Part shown: piece after piece, positions 8,896 to 19,113 of the stretch | How positions within the stretch are numbered: the stretch's first letter is position 1 | Layout: every line of letters starts with the position of its first letter | Origin: a virus | Strand: one strand, 5' to 3' | Virus record (IMG/VR): IMGVR_UViG_3300045988_098325 | Length of the DNA: 36,595 nucleotides | Translations under genes and position numbers: made by a program | The notes under the pieces: generated by a model | Told to the model about the DNA's origin: nothing | Databases searched by the model: none | What the model saw: the letters and a program-made list of their open reading frames with translations, nothing else

Positions 8896-9233
8896 TGCTC
8901 ACTGGTGAACAGGTCATTGTCACCACCAGACACGAGCACGGCTACGACCCCGGCGGCGACCCCATCTATGAGGACGACCCGCCGGAAACGGTCGATGACG
9001 TGCTCGTGGACACCTCCACCGAGGACGATATCGAGGCGACCCGCCCCGACGGCATCCGCATCGACTGCACGCTGCGGTTCCCCCGCGCGTGGCCATACCG
9101 CAGTCTGAGAGGCGCTCGGATCCGGATGCGCGGCAATGATTACCGCGTCATCGGTGACCCGCAGCCGATCTATGGCGGTATCACGCCCACACGGTGGAAC
9201 CTCACCGTGCAATTGCACGACGAAAGGGGATAA
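8895..9233 (+). CDS. Head closure / head-tail joining protein
   Basis: Its start overlaps the upstream stop (TGATG). Size and position support the call. Confidence 0.5.
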   Translation: MLTGEQVIVTTRHEHGYDPGGDPIYEDDPPETVDDVLVDTSTEDDIEATRPDGIRIDCTLRFPRAWPYRSLRGARIRMRGNDYRVIGDPQPIYGGITPTRWNLTVQLHDERG

Positions 9234-9236
9234 CCC

Positions 9237-9512
9237 ATGAGCCGAGTCAAACTCAACATGCAAGGGTTCACGCAGTTCCGCCGTGACGCCGGTACACGCG
9301 CCGCTGTCGAACAGGTGGCCGACCAGGTTGCGGCTCGTGCGAACAGCATGGCGTCGACGACCATCAAAGCGGGCAAACCGGTCTACTCGGTCGCCCCACC
9401 AATCAACTCCGCAGTGGGTTCCATCGCGTTGGTGTCGACGCACGGCAACACCGCGGCGCGTGTCGACAACGCGGCCCACAACACGCTGCTCAAAGCGGTC
9501 GGAGGCGCATGA
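9237..9512 (+). CDS. HK97 gp10-like neck/tail component
   Basis: 91 aa, called on position. Confidence 0.45.
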   Translation: MSRVKLNMQGFTQFRRDAGTRAAVEQVADQVAARANSMASTTIKAGKPVYSVAPPINSAVGSIALVSTHGNTAARVDNAAHNTLLKAVGGA

Positions 9513-9895
9513 TGAACGCGGAAAAACTGGTGGTGGACTGGTTGAACACCGATCCTGGATTACGGCCGGCCACTGCATCGTTGAGCATGCCGCCAGACGC
9601 GTCCAGCACCTCACCAACGGCGCATATCACGGTCGAACGCACCGGCGGCCCCGAGACACCGTTCGTGAGCCGGCCACTGCTCGCCATCCAGACATGGGCG
9701 GCCAGCCGGTGGAACGCGAGCCACCTCGCCGTCGACGTCGCACGGCGCGTGCGGCATATCACGGACATCGATGAGGTGGCGGATGTCGACATCCTTTCCA
9801 TCACCGATTTCCCCTCCACGGACGGCCGGCCACGCTATCAGATCACGTGCCAATTGACCATCAAAACCAACTACACAGAAAGCGAAGAAGCATAA
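9509..9895 (+). CDS. Tail terminator / tail completion protein (DUF3168-like)
   Basis: 128 aa with an ATGA overlap to the upstream gene, immediately upstream of the major tail gene. Confidence 0.5.
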   Translation: MMNAEKLVVDWLNTDPGLRPATASLSMPPDASSTSPTAHITVERTGGPETPFVSRPLLAIQTWAASRWNASHLAVDVARRVRHITDIDEVADVDILSITDFPSTDGRPRYQITCQLTIKTNYTESEEA

Positions 9896-10500
9896 TGTCC
9901 ACCACACCAGCCACACAGAAGAACAATCCAGCGAACGTGTCGCTTGGCAAGACCAACGTCACCGGCTACGCCTACTGGGCACCCAAGGGCACGTCCCTGC
10001 CGACCGACGCGTCCACCGCGCTGCCGGAGGCATACATCGGACTTGGCTACATCGGCGAGGACGGCATCACGAACGCATCGGACTCCGAAACCACCGACGT
10101 CAAGGAGATGGGCGGCGAGAACGTCCTGAGCATCATCACAAGCTATTCGGAGACGTACCAGTTCGTGCTCATCGAGGCGATGCGCAAAAGCGCCGCGCAG
10201 ATCCGCTACGGCGAGAAGAACGTGACCGGCGAGGACGGCGCGCTCTCCATCACGCACACGATGCCCGACGACACCGAGTTCGTGCTCGTCGTGGAGCTCG
10301 CCCTGACCGGCAACAAAAAGGATAGGTTCGTCATCCCGCGCGCCGTGCGCAAGGAATTCGGCGACCGCACCCTTTCGGGCACCGAGGTGCTCGGCTACGA
10401 CGTGACCCTTGGCGCGCTGCCGTCCGACCAGATCAGTGGCGGTACCAGCCGTGAATACATCGGCACAGCCACAGCCGCAGCCGGCTCAGGCGGCAAGTGA
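9895..10500 (+). CDS. Major tail protein
   Basis: The ATG at 9895 lies inside ORF 9847..10500 and gives 201 aa. It sits upstream of the chaperone pair. Confidence 0.7.
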   Translation: MSTTPATQKNNPANVSLGKTNVTGYAYWAPKGTSLPTDASTALPEAYIGLGYIGEDGITNASDSETTDVKEMGGENVLSIITSYSETYQFVLIEAMRKSAAQIRYGEKNVTGEDGALSITHTMPDDTEFVLVVELALTGNKKDRFVIPRAVRKEFGDRTLSGTEVLGYDVTLGALPSDQISGGTSREYIGTATAAAGSGGK

Positions 10501-10571
10501 GCCGGAACCACAATGAGAAAACGGGCCGCATGCACATCGCGTGCGGCCCATCGCATAAGGAGGACTATTAG

Positions 10572-10880
10572 ATGACCGCGAAGCAAACACCAACGGTGTT
10601 CGACCAGGACAAGCCCAAGACGATCACCTCGTGCGGAGTGAAGGTCACGCTCAGCCCGGCCGTGTTCGACGATTGGCGCATCGTCGAGATGATCGCCGAC
10701 ATGCAGGACGGCGACAACACGTCACCGCAACTGCTCGTGCGTTTCCTGCGCACGCTGCTTGGCCGTGACCAGTACGAGCGCGCCATGCGTGAACTCGAGG
10801 AAGAGGACGGACGCCTGCCGGTGTCGCGCGTCACCGAATTCCTCACCGGCCTCATGGCGGGTATCGACCCAAACTCCTGA
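10572..10880 (+). CDS. Tail assembly chaperone (gpG-like)
   Basis: 102 aa, located between the major tail and tape measure genes. Confidence 0.8.
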   Translation: MTAKQTPTVFDQDKPKTITSCGVKVTLSPAVFDDWRIVEMIADMQDGDNTSPQLLVRFLRTLLGRDQYERAMRELEEEDGRLPVSRVTEFLTGLMAGIDPNS

Positions 10881-11266
10881 CGCTCGCATACCTGACCGGC
10901 AAATGCCCCGCCGCGTTGCGTGCGGACGTCCGGCGGGTATACGGGCTCGACATCACCACATTGGGCGCATGGGAGGCGGCGCAGCTCGCCGCCAACCTGC
11001 CCGACGGCAGCATGGTATGGCGAGCGTTGGATGTGCCGCGCGCATGGACCATGGATCAGCATCTGCTCGCCACACTCGTCGACCAATGGCAGATGTGGAT
11101 GTGGGGCCAATCCGATCCGAAACACCGCGGCAGGAAACCACGCCCATTGCCACGGCCCGGCGACGGCAAGTCGCACAGCATGCGCGATGACACGATCACC
11201 ATGAGCGCGGACCAACTCGACGCGTTCCTCGCACAGGAGTTCACCGACACCACGATGGGAGGCTGA
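10572..11266 (+). CDS. Tail assembly chaperone G-T fusion made by -1 programmed frameshift at 10868..10874
   Basis: The slippery heptamer C.CCA.AAC lies 4 nt before the G stop. The -1 frame is open from 10793 to 11266 and ends 1 nt before the tape measure ATG. Confidence 0.7.
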
Positions 11267-11267
11267 C

Positions 11268-14200
11268 ATGGCAATCAAACTCGCTGAGGCATACGTGCAG
11301 ATCGTGCCCAGCATGAAGGGCGTGGGCAACGCCATCGTCTCCGCGTTCGACGGTGCCAGCGGCAGAGCCGGCATCTCAGGCGGCAAGGCCGCCGGCAGCG
11401 GGTTCGCCAGTGGCCTGAAAGCCAAAATGGGCGCGGTCATCGGAGCCGCAAGCGCCATCACCAGCAAGGCGATGGACACCATCGGCTCCAGCATCTCCAG
11501 TGCCGTCAGCCGCGCGGACCAGATGAACAACTTCCCCAAGGTCATGAAGAACTTGGGCTATTCGTCCGAGGACGCGGCCAAGAGCATCAAGAAGATCTCC
11601 GACAGTCTCGACGGCCTGCCCACCACGTCGAGCGCGATGACCGGCATGGTCCAGCAGCTCGCCCCACTCACTTCGAATCTCGACGAGGCCACCACCATCT
11701 CATTGGCGTTCAACAACGCGATGCTCGCTGGCGGGGCCTCGACGATGGAGCAGGAGAACGCCCTAGCGCAGTATACGCAGATGCTCTCCGCGGGCACGGT
11801 GGACATGGCTGCATGGCGGAGCATTCAGGCTGCCATGCCCGGCCAGCTCAACCAGGTCGCTGAAGCGATGATGGGAGCCGGCCACAACGCCAACGACCTG
11901 TACGAGGCCATGAAGGACGGCACCTACAGCTTCGATGACTTCAACAAAGCCATCGTCGACCTCAACGAAAACGGGTTCGGCCAATACGCCTCGTTCGCTC
12001 AGCAGGCCAAGGACGCCACACAGGGCATCGGCACCGCCATCGAGAACGTGAAGAACCGCGTCGCCAAGGCCGTGCAGAAGGTCATCGAAGCGTTCGGCGT
12101 GGAGAACATCGCCGGCGCGATCAACGGGTTCAGCTCGCAGTTCGGCAAAATCGGCGACGCTGCCGCCAGCATGGTCACGTTCACCAAGAACCAGTTCTCA
12201 CTATTGTGGGAACGCGTCAAGGACATCGGGGCCATAGACACCCTCAAGACCGCGTGGGACGGCCTCACCGCGAAACTCTCCAACACTGATTGGGGCAACC
12301 TGCTGCCTAGCGGTGTCTGGAAGCAACTGCGCAATACAGCCGCGTCGGCGCTCGCTGACGTCATGGACCGTGTCAGCCAGCTCATTGGCTGGCTTTCCAA
12401 CGGCATCCAATGGGTGACCGGCTTCGTGCAGTCATTTGCATCCACTGGCGTATTCCAAGCGTGGATAGACGTGTTCGGCGTCGTATTGGACGTGATCAAC
12501 AGCGCCACGGACGTGTTTGGATCAGTCATCGACGCGATCGGGCGGTTGACCGGTGCTGCAGGAGGCGCGCAATCGTTCGGGCAGACGGTTGGTGACGCAT
12601 TCAAAATCATCGCTGACCTGATTAAACCGGTATTGCAGGCACTCGATGATGTGCTTGGCTGGTTCAGCCAGAACCCCGGAATCATCGTCGCCGCGCTGGG
12701 TACCATCGGTGCGGCGTTCGCTGGTGTGAAGGGATATCAGGCGCTCAACAACGGTCTGGTGGCGCTCAGGGGAACGATGGACACTGTCACCGGGGCCGCC
12801 AAGGGCATCAGCAACGGCATCCAGCTCATGATGGATCTGGGCGGTCCGGTGCAAATGGTGAAGAAGCTCGGTTCGAATCTGAACATCGTCTCCACAGCAC
12901 AGCAGACATGGAGCTCCGTGACCAAGGCCGCGACGGCGGTCCAGGGCGCGTTCAACGCCGTCGTCTCGGCCAATCCCATCGGCGCTATCATAACCGCAAT
13001 CGCCGCAGTGGTCGCGGCCCTTGTCTGGTTCTTCACTCAGACAGAGACCGGCCGCAAGGCATGGGCAGCGTTCACACAGTTCCTCACGGACGCGTGGAAC
13101 AAGGTCTGCGAGGTCGGCAAGGCCGTATGGAACGGGCTCGCATCGTTCTTCTCCGGATTGTGGGAGGGTATCAGTTCCGTCGCGCAATCCGTGTGGGGTG
13201 GCATCTCGAGTTTCTTCACCGGTATCTGGGATGGTATGAAATCAGCGTGGGATGCGGTGTGGAATGGGGTCCAAACGGTGTTCGAGGCCGTCTGGGGTTT
13301 CATCCAAGCGTATGTGCAGAACGTCATCATGCCGATCGCGGAGTTCATCAAAAACACGTTCATCGTGGTCGCGGCCGTGTTCGTGACCATCTGGAACGGT
13401 ATCAAGACCGTGTGGGAGACCGTGTGGAATGCGATCGTCGCGTTCTTCACGCCCATCATTCAGGGTATTTCTGACACGATCACGACCGTGTGCACGTTCA
13501 TCTCGGAGACGTGGAACACGGTATGGTCGGCGGTCAGCGAATTTTTCCAGACCGTCTGGCAGGGAATCGTCGCGTTCTTCACGCCGATCATCGATGGCAT
13601 CGCCAACACAATCAGCACGGTCGTCAACGCAATCAAATCCACGTGGGATTCCGTGTGGGGTGCGATATCGAGTTTCTTCCGGAACATCTGGAACGGCATC
13701 GTCGCATTCCTCACGCCGATCATCAACGGGATACGCACCACGATTACGAACGCGGTCAATGCGATACGGTCCACGTGGACGAATGTATGGAGCAGCATCA
13801 GCAGTTTCTTCTCGGGAATCTGGAATGGTATGCGGAACACGGTCGGCAGTGCGGTCGGATTCATCGGCGACAGGGTACGAGGCATCAAAAACACCGTGTT
13901 CGGAGCGCTCAGTGGTGCCGGCGAATGGTTGCGCGGCATCGGCAGGGACCTCATCCAAGGCCTGATCAATGGTATCGGCGACATGTTCGGATGGGTGCGT
14001 GACAAAATCTGCTCGCTCGGTGTCAATATTCTCGGCTGGGCGAAGAGCGTGCTCGGCATCGGCAGCCCGTCGAAGATTTTCGCACAGTATGGCCGGTGGT
14101 TGGATGAGGGTCTCGCCATCGGTATCGATGACGCTGCTGCTCGGGTCGGCAAGGCGATGGACGATATGACCGGCATGGTTGTCGGCAAGGGCCTCGATTT

Positions 14201-14405
14201 CGGTGTGGAGGCACGCCTCAACGGCATGGGCACTCCGTTCGACATGGGTGCGGTCGGCGGGTGGACCCCGTACGAACCGCCACATGGTGACAATGGCAAG
14301 CCGACTGGGACAACGACGATCTACCAGACGATCAACAATCCGGTCGCCCAACCATGGCCGTTGAAATCCGCCGATGATTCCGACCACAAGTTCCAGGATG
14401 CATAA
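11268..14405 (+). CDS. Tail tape measure protein
   Basis: 1045 aa, Gly/Ala/Ser-rich with W-rich internal repeats, in the canonical position. Confidence 0.9.
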   Translation: MAIKLAEAYVQIVPSMKGVGNAIVSAFDGASGRAGISGGKAAGSGFASGLKAKMGAVIGAASAITSKAMDTIGSSISSAVSRADQMNNFPKVMKNLGYSSEDAAKSIKKISDSLDGLPTTSSAMTGMVQQLAPLTSNLDEATTISLAFNNAMLAGGASTMEQENALAQYTQMLSAGTVDMAAWRSIQAAMPGQLNQVAEAMMGAGHNANDLYEAMKDGTYSFDDFNKAIVDLNENGFGQYASFAQQAKDATQGIGTAIENVKNRVAKAVQKVIEAFGVENIAGAINGFSSQFGKIGDAAASMVTFTKNQFSLLWERVKDIGAIDTLKTAWDGLTAKLSNTDWGNLLPSGVWKQLRNTAASALADVMDRVSQLIGWLSNGIQWVTGFVQSFASTGVFQAWIDVFGVVLDVINSATDVFGSVIDAIGRLTGAAGGAQSFGQTVGDAFKIIADLIKPVLQALDDVLGWFSQNPGIIVAALGTIGAAFAGVKGYQALNNGLVALRGTMDTVTGAAKGISNGIQLMMDLGGPVQMVKKLGSNLNIVSTAQQTWSSVTKAATAVQGAFNAVVSANPIGAIITAIAAVVAALVWFFTQTETGRKAWAAFTQFLTDAWNKVCEVGKAVWNGLASFFSGLWEGISSVAQSVWGGISSFFTGIWDGMKSAWDAVWNGVQTVFEAVWGFIQAYVQNVIMPIAEFIKNTFIVVAAVFVTIWNGIKTVWETVWNAIVAFFTPIIQGISDTITTVCTFISETWNTVWSAVSEFFQTVWQGIVAFFTPIIDGIANTISTVVNAIKSTWDSVWGAISSFFRNIWNGIVAFLTPIINGIRTTITNAVNAIRSTWTNVWSSISSFFSGIWNGMRNTVGSAVGFIGDRVRGIKNTVFGALSGAGEWLRGIGRDLIQGLINGIGDMFGWVRDKICSLGVNILGWAKSVLGIGSPSKIFAQYGRWLDEGLAIGIDDAAARVGKAMDDMTGMVVGKGLDFGVEARLNGMGTPFDMGAVGGWTPYEPPHGDNGKPTGTTTIYQTINNPVAQPWPLKSADDSDHKFQDA
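13434..13829 (+). repeat. Three in-frame 132-bp (44-aa) tandem repeats inside the tape measure gene
   Basis: Units start at 13434, 13566 and 13698 (IVAFFTPII.GI...TW..VW..IS.FF..W.G). More degenerate copies lie upstream. Confidence 0.85.
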
Positions 14406-14417
14406 GGTAGGTGTGGC

Positions 14418-15287
14418 ATGTATCTGATCAACGGTGTGGAGTTGGACGGGGGCAATTGCGTCATCGAGCACGGGTCCGATTGGCTGTCGCCCATCAGCCC
14501 GGTCGTGGATGTGGTCACCGTGCCCGGCATGCATGGCATCACGGTGCCTCCCTTGCCGCCGGTGGTCGGGCAGCGTACGCTCACCATGAAAATCGGTTGC
14601 GCGGGCAGCACTGGGTGGGCGGAGACACGACGGGTGCTGCGTCTGCTCACGATGCCCCGCTTGGTACTGACACGTCGCATGCCGGACCAGTTCATGGACC
14701 GGTGTGTAGAGGTCGTGTTGACCAGCCTGAGCGCTGACGACACGACCCTCGACAGGTATACGCGGTACACGGCGGTGTTCTCCATGACGAGCCCGTTCTG
14801 GCGTGCCCCTGACCCGACGTTGGCCGCCCTGCCAGACGATGGTGTGCTGTTGGATGCCTCCGCCATACCCGGCCAGTCCACATGGTGGGAGGGTGAGCCG
14901 AACAACAGCGTGAGCGTGCTCGCGATGGAAGGGTGTCCTGATGGCTGCCAGTCCGACGCGCCGATCGATGACATGATCATCCGTGTGCCGACCGGAGTGG
15001 ACGCGATGACACTCACCGACCCGACCAGCGGCACGAGCGTCACATGGTCCGGTAAGACGACGAGCGGCTACCTGTATGTGGATCCCCAACGGCTGCATGC
15101 ATGGACCAGTGGCAACGCCACCGCATGGACCGGTGGCGCGGACGTGACAGCCGGCCTCGACTACGGTGCGAATGGACCATTGCAGATCTGGCCGGACGCG
15201 GCCGGAAAATACAGAGTGAACCTGACCGCGCATGGCGTGCCGGCAGGGCAACAAACCTATGTCAGATATTACAAATCGTGGTGGTGA
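14418..15287 (+). CDS. Distal tail protein (Dit)
   Basis: 289 aa, directly after the tape measure gene. Confidence 0.7.
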   Translation: MYLINGVELDGGNCVIEHGSDWLSPISPVVDVVTVPGMHGITVPPLPPVVGQRTLTMKIGCAGSTGWAETRRVLRLLTMPRLVLTRRMPDQFMDRCVEVVLTSLSADDTTLDRYTRYTAVFSMTSPFWRAPDPTLAALPDDGVLLDASAIPGQSTWWEGEPNNSVSVLAMEGCPDGCQSDAPIDDMIIRVPTGVDAMTLTDPTSGTSVTWSGKTTSGYLYVDPQRLHAWTSGNATAWTGGADVTAGLDYGANGPLQIWPDAAGKYRVNLTAHGVPAGQQTYVRYYKSWW

Positions 15288-15293
15288 TAACAT

Positions 15294-18200
15294 ATGAGCG
15301 ACCTGCATGTACGGTTCAAGGCATATGACAGTGCCGGGGTGTTCCAAGGGTTCCTGACCCCGAGCTCGTGGTCGGCGAGCGTGCAGCACAATGATGCGGG
15401 CACCCTGTCGATGACCTACCCGCGTGTCGCACTCAATGGTGGTATCCTCCAGCGCGGGTTGGAGCAGGGCCTCGAGATCGGCATGGAGGTCGCCACACAT
15501 GACGCATGGGTGGAACCATACAACTGCCGTTTCCTGCTCGTCTCGCGCTCCCGTGACGCCAAGGACAGCACGGATACGGTCACGCTCAACTGCATGACGT
15601 GGATCTGGTTGACGAAAAAGATCCTCAACCTGAACATGAGTGCGTTGCTTACCGATACCGACAACAAGGGCAAACGCCCATTCTATTCGGCGACATCTGG
15701 CATGATCGTGCGCACGCTGCTCGACGAGAACCGTAAGCGGGGCGGTGCGGCCACCGTCATGCCGGCAGGGTTCAACAGTGCACGCGACACGAACGGTGAC
15801 ACGTGGGCGTACAAGATGACGCTCTACTATGATGCCGGGGTCGACCTGTACACGGTCATCGACAACCTGAGCGCGAACGGCATGTGCGATTGGCGTACCG
15901 ACGGGCGCATGCTCAAAATGTGGAACGCCGATTCGACCGCATTGTGCCGGGATCTGAGCGCCCGTGTGCGCATCCCGTTGGCGACCGGATTGCTGGAATC
16001 CCCAGAGGAGGAGACCATCGAGGGACTCGCCGGCAACATCCTCGTCCGTGGTGACAACGATCTGGTGTTCACGCAGGAGAACAAGACAGCTCCCTCGCCA
16101 TGGGGCAAGTGGGAGCTGTACTCGTCGCAGGGTGGCGTGTCGAACAAGGACACCGCCCAATTGTTGATGCAGACGCAGCTCGCGTCCGCCGCCCGTGTGC
16201 GCGGCCAGTACACGCGCCAGATCCTCACCACGGGCATCGAGCACCTGCCGTTGGTCGACTACCGTCCGGGTGATTGGATCACCGCACCAACCGTCAACCA
16301 TGGCGAAAAAGTGCGGGTGCAGCGCGTCGAACTGTCAAACCGCAATGATGGCGGCGTCAAATGTGCGCTCATGCTCAACGACAGGTTGTATGATGCGCAG
16401 ACCCGACAGGCCAAACGCATCCAGGGCATCACCGGCGGAGCAGTCGCCGGCGGCGCGTCCGGAGCCACACCCGCCCCCGAAAAAGACCATCGCATACCAA
16501 TGGCACCGGCCGGGCTCGTGGTGCAGACCGACGCGTACATCGACGCGAACGGGTACGCGCGCGGCCTCGCCACCGCGCAATGGGCTGAGGTCACGCAGGC
16601 CACCAACCACACCAGCATCGAGATCACCTCATACCGGGTCGAATGGAGGCCAAACATCGCCGGTGAGGCATGGCGCAGCGCTGGCGTGACGACCGACACG
16701 ACGTTGAGCTGGGGCAATCTCGACTGCGGCACCACGATCCAAGTGCGCGTGCGCGCGGTCCCCACCTACAGCGATAAGCTGGGCGACTGGTCGGCGGTGG
16801 CCGTCGTCGATGTCGCACAGGATGTGACGCCGCCGAGCGTCCCGTCCACGCCGGTGCTCGCCAGCGAACTCGGCGTCGTCACCATCCACTGGGACGGGCG
16901 CACCGCCACCGGCACACACATGGAACCGGATTTCGATCATATCGAGGTAGGACGCGGCACCAACCCCAGCAACCTCACCCGTATCGCCGCAGCACAGTCC
17001 GGGGAGGGGGACTATCTCGACACGGCACTCACCGCCGGCGACGAACCCGTCTACGCACTGCGCGCAGTCGACCATGCCGGCAACATGAGCGCCTGGTCGA
17101 CGACTGCTGGAATCACCGTAGCCAGCACTGTCAGCCCCGAGGAGATCAGCCAGATCAAAAATGACCTCAAGGCCAACAACGATGCGCTGGAGACGGCGAA
17201 CCAGACGCTCTCCCAGGCGAAGAAGGATATCCAGGCCAACAGCCAGGTGATAACCAGCGTGAATCAGACGCTCACGCAAACCAATAAAACACTCGAGGAA
17301 ACCAACCAGACGCTCTCCCAGGCGAACAAGGACCTGGCGCAGGCCAAAAATGACATCAAAGCCAACGCCGACAAAGCAAAGGAATCCTACGACAAAGCCA
17401 CCAACGCACAAACCACCGCAGATGGCAAGAACAAGATCATCAAAAGCACGCGCGAACCGGCACACGCCGGACTCGCGACAGGTGACATGTGGTACCAGAC
17501 CAGCCTCGTCACATGGTGGACCGGCCAGCCCAACAACTCACCAAGCGTGCTCTCCGAACGGGTCGATCATGTATACATCTGGGATGGAACACAATTCAAT
17601 GAATACAATTTCGTCGCCAGCAACGTGATCTCCACGAACACAGTGACCGCACCACTGCTCGCCGCTGGCAGCATAATCACCGACAAACTCGCCGCGAACG
17701 CGGTTACCGCCGACAAGATCCTCACAGGAGCCGTCACCACGGACAAACTTGCCGCAAACGCGGTTGTATCGGATAAGATCGCCGCGAACGCGGTCACTGC
17801 AGGAAAAGTCGCCGCAGAAGCCATCTCATCACGAGAGATCAAGGCACTCGCCATCAGTACGGACAAACTCGCCGCGAATGCGGTGACCACCGCGAAGATC
17901 GCGGCGCTCGCCATCACGGCCGACAAGATCGCCGCGAACGCCGTGAACGCCGACAAGATCGCCGCGAATGCGGTGACTGCAGACAAGATCGCGGCGCTCG
18001 CCATCACGGCCGACAAGATCGCCGCGAACGCGATCACCACGGACAAGATCAAGGCCGGCCAGTTCGTCGGCTATGTGTTCACCGGCGCGGTCTACCAATC
18101 CCACACGGAGGACAACAAGGGCTTCAAACTACGAGGCAACTCATTCGACATGTGGGATGCCAGCCAAAACAACACCGTCCACCTCGACGGCAGCGGAGCT

Positions 18201-19100
18201 TCGAACCTCATCGTCGGTGAATTGGCCACGAAACTGTCCGGCGACCGGGTGCGCATTCGACCCAGCTTCTATACGAGCACAGTGGGGGCTGACGCGACAC
18301 AGCAGGGAGCCGGCATTGATTTCCCATTGCAGGGAACCTATGCGCGCACCCCCTACATCGCCACGGAATCATTGGACTCCGAAAAGGGGCCGATCAGCAC
18401 GCTTACGCTGAATTCCGGCATGCGCACCGACGGCTCCGCCGGAGCGGGCACCGGATTCGGTTCTTTCTTCCGTCTGGGCCAGACCCGAGACAGCAAAAAC
18501 AAGGAAATGGCCTGCGCCTTCCTCACCGCCAACTGCGATTACCTCAATCTCAGCAAGGACACCAACCGTCGCCAATGGAAGACATACATCAACCTCACCA
18601 CCATTTCCGGAGAGGGCACCAACGCGTACATCACCGCACGAAAACCAGGAGGATACGCCGCATGCAACCTCGTGGGAGGCGACGGCAGAGACACCCGGGC
18701 AGCCATCGTCGCAGGAGATGGCAACGGCGAGGTCGGCATGGAATGCAACATCAACACCGGATACCTCTACCTCGGAGGATTCCTCGGATTAATGACAGGC
18801 CGAGGAACACTATCCGCGAACTGGGTAGAGGGAACCAACCACATCAAACCCTACACCGCCATGACCCACACCATCACGCTCCCCGCTCCGAAATACGGAC
18901 GATACAAGTCAATCGCGGTACTCAACAACAACAACGGCAACGCCTATTTCAGCGCCACAACATGCAACGAGAAATCCGGTAGTTTCCAGGTGATCGTCAG
19001 ATCATTCCCACAGAAACTCTCCGGCGACACCAGCTACGAGTTCTTCCCCTCGGGAGGAGCCGACTACTGGCTCACCTCACTCAGCTACCTCATCAAATAA
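15294..19100 (+). CDS. Tail-associated (Tal-like) / receptor-binding fibre protein
   Basis: 1268 aa. Its regions are an N-terminal tail-tip region, FN3-like segments, a coiled coil (NDLKANNDALETANQTL...), decapeptide repeats and a distinct C-terminal domain. Confidence 0.75.
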   Translation: MSDLHVRFKAYDSAGVFQGFLTPSSWSASVQHNDAGTLSMTYPRVALNGGILQRGLEQGLEIGMEVATHDAWVEPYNCRFLLVSRSRDAKDSTDTVTLNCMTWIWLTKKILNLNMSALLTDTDNKGKRPFYSATSGMIVRTLLDENRKRGGAATVMPAGFNSARDTNGDTWAYKMTLYYDAGVDLYTVIDNLSANGMCDWRTDGRMLKMWNADSTALCRDLSARVRIPLATGLLESPEEETIEGLAGNILVRGDNDLVFTQENKTAPSPWGKWELYSSQGGVSNKDTAQLLMQTQLASAARVRGQYTRQILTTGIEHLPLVDYRPGDWITAPTVNHGEKVRVQRVELSNRNDGGVKCALMLNDRLYDAQTRQAKRIQGITGGAVAGGASGATPAPEKDHRIPMAPAGLVVQTDAYIDANGYARGLATAQWAEVTQATNHTSIEITSYRVEWRPNIAGEAWRSAGVTTDTTLSWGNLDCGTTIQVRVRAVPTYSDKLGDWSAVAVVDVAQDVTPPSVPSTPVLASELGVVTIHWDGRTATGTHMEPDFDHIEVGRGTNPSNLTRIAAAQSGEGDYLDTALTAGDEPVYALRAVDHAGNMSAWSTTAGITVASTVSPEEISQIKNDLKANNDALETANQTLSQAKKDIQANSQVITSVNQTLTQTNKTLEETNQTLSQANKDLAQAKNDIKANADKAKESYDKATNAQTTADGKNKIIKSTREPAHAGLATGDMWYQTSLVTWWTGQPNNSPSVLSERVDHVYIWDGTQFNEYNFVASNVISTNTVTAPLLAAGSIITDKLAANAVTADKILTGAVTTDKLAANAVVSDKIAANAVTAGKVAAEAISSREIKALAISTDKLAANAVTTAKIAALAITADKIAANAVNADKIAANAVTADKIAALAITADKIAANAITTDKIKAGQFVGYVFTGAVYQSHTEDNKGFKLRGNSFDMWDASQNNTVHLDGSGASNLIVGELATKLSGDRVRIRPSFYTSTVGADATQQGAGIDFPLQGTYARTPYIATESLDSEKGPISTLTLNSGMRTDGSAGAGTGFGSFFRLGQTRDSKNKEMACAFLTANCDYLNLSKDTNRRQWKTYINLTTISGEGTNAYITARKPGGYAACNLVGGDGRDTRAAIVAGDGNGEVGMECNINTGYLYLGGFLGLMTGRGTLSANWVEGTNHIKPYTAMTHTITLPAPKYGRYKSIAVLNNNNGNAYFSATTCNEKSGSFQVIVRSFPQKLSGDTSYEFFPSGGADYWLTSLSYLIK
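17682..18041 (+). repeat. About 12 in-frame ~30-bp (DKIAANAVTA-type) tandem repeats in the fibre gene
   Basis: GACAAGATCGCCGCGAACGC... recurs every 27-33 nt. This also creates the spurious antisense ORF 17567..18052. Confidence 0.9.
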
Positions 19101-19113
19101 CAAAGGAATTCCA

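Noticed and set aside
13242-16301. A 1019-aa minus-strand ORF, plus other long antisense ORFs (6876..8186, 8493..9617, 30570..32234, 10568..11545, 22812..23372)
   Set aside because: They lie opposite well-supported plus-strand genes (tape measure, Dit, capsid, primase). They are Arg/His/Gly/Val-rich with no recognisable motifs. Such stop-free shadow frames are expected in G+C-rich DNA.
15294-19100. A shufflon or DGR-type diversification system for the receptor-binding protein
   Set aside because: There is no reverse transcriptase and no template/variable repeat pair. There are no inverted repeat-flanked gene fragments and no nearby recombinase. Only simple tandem repeats were found.
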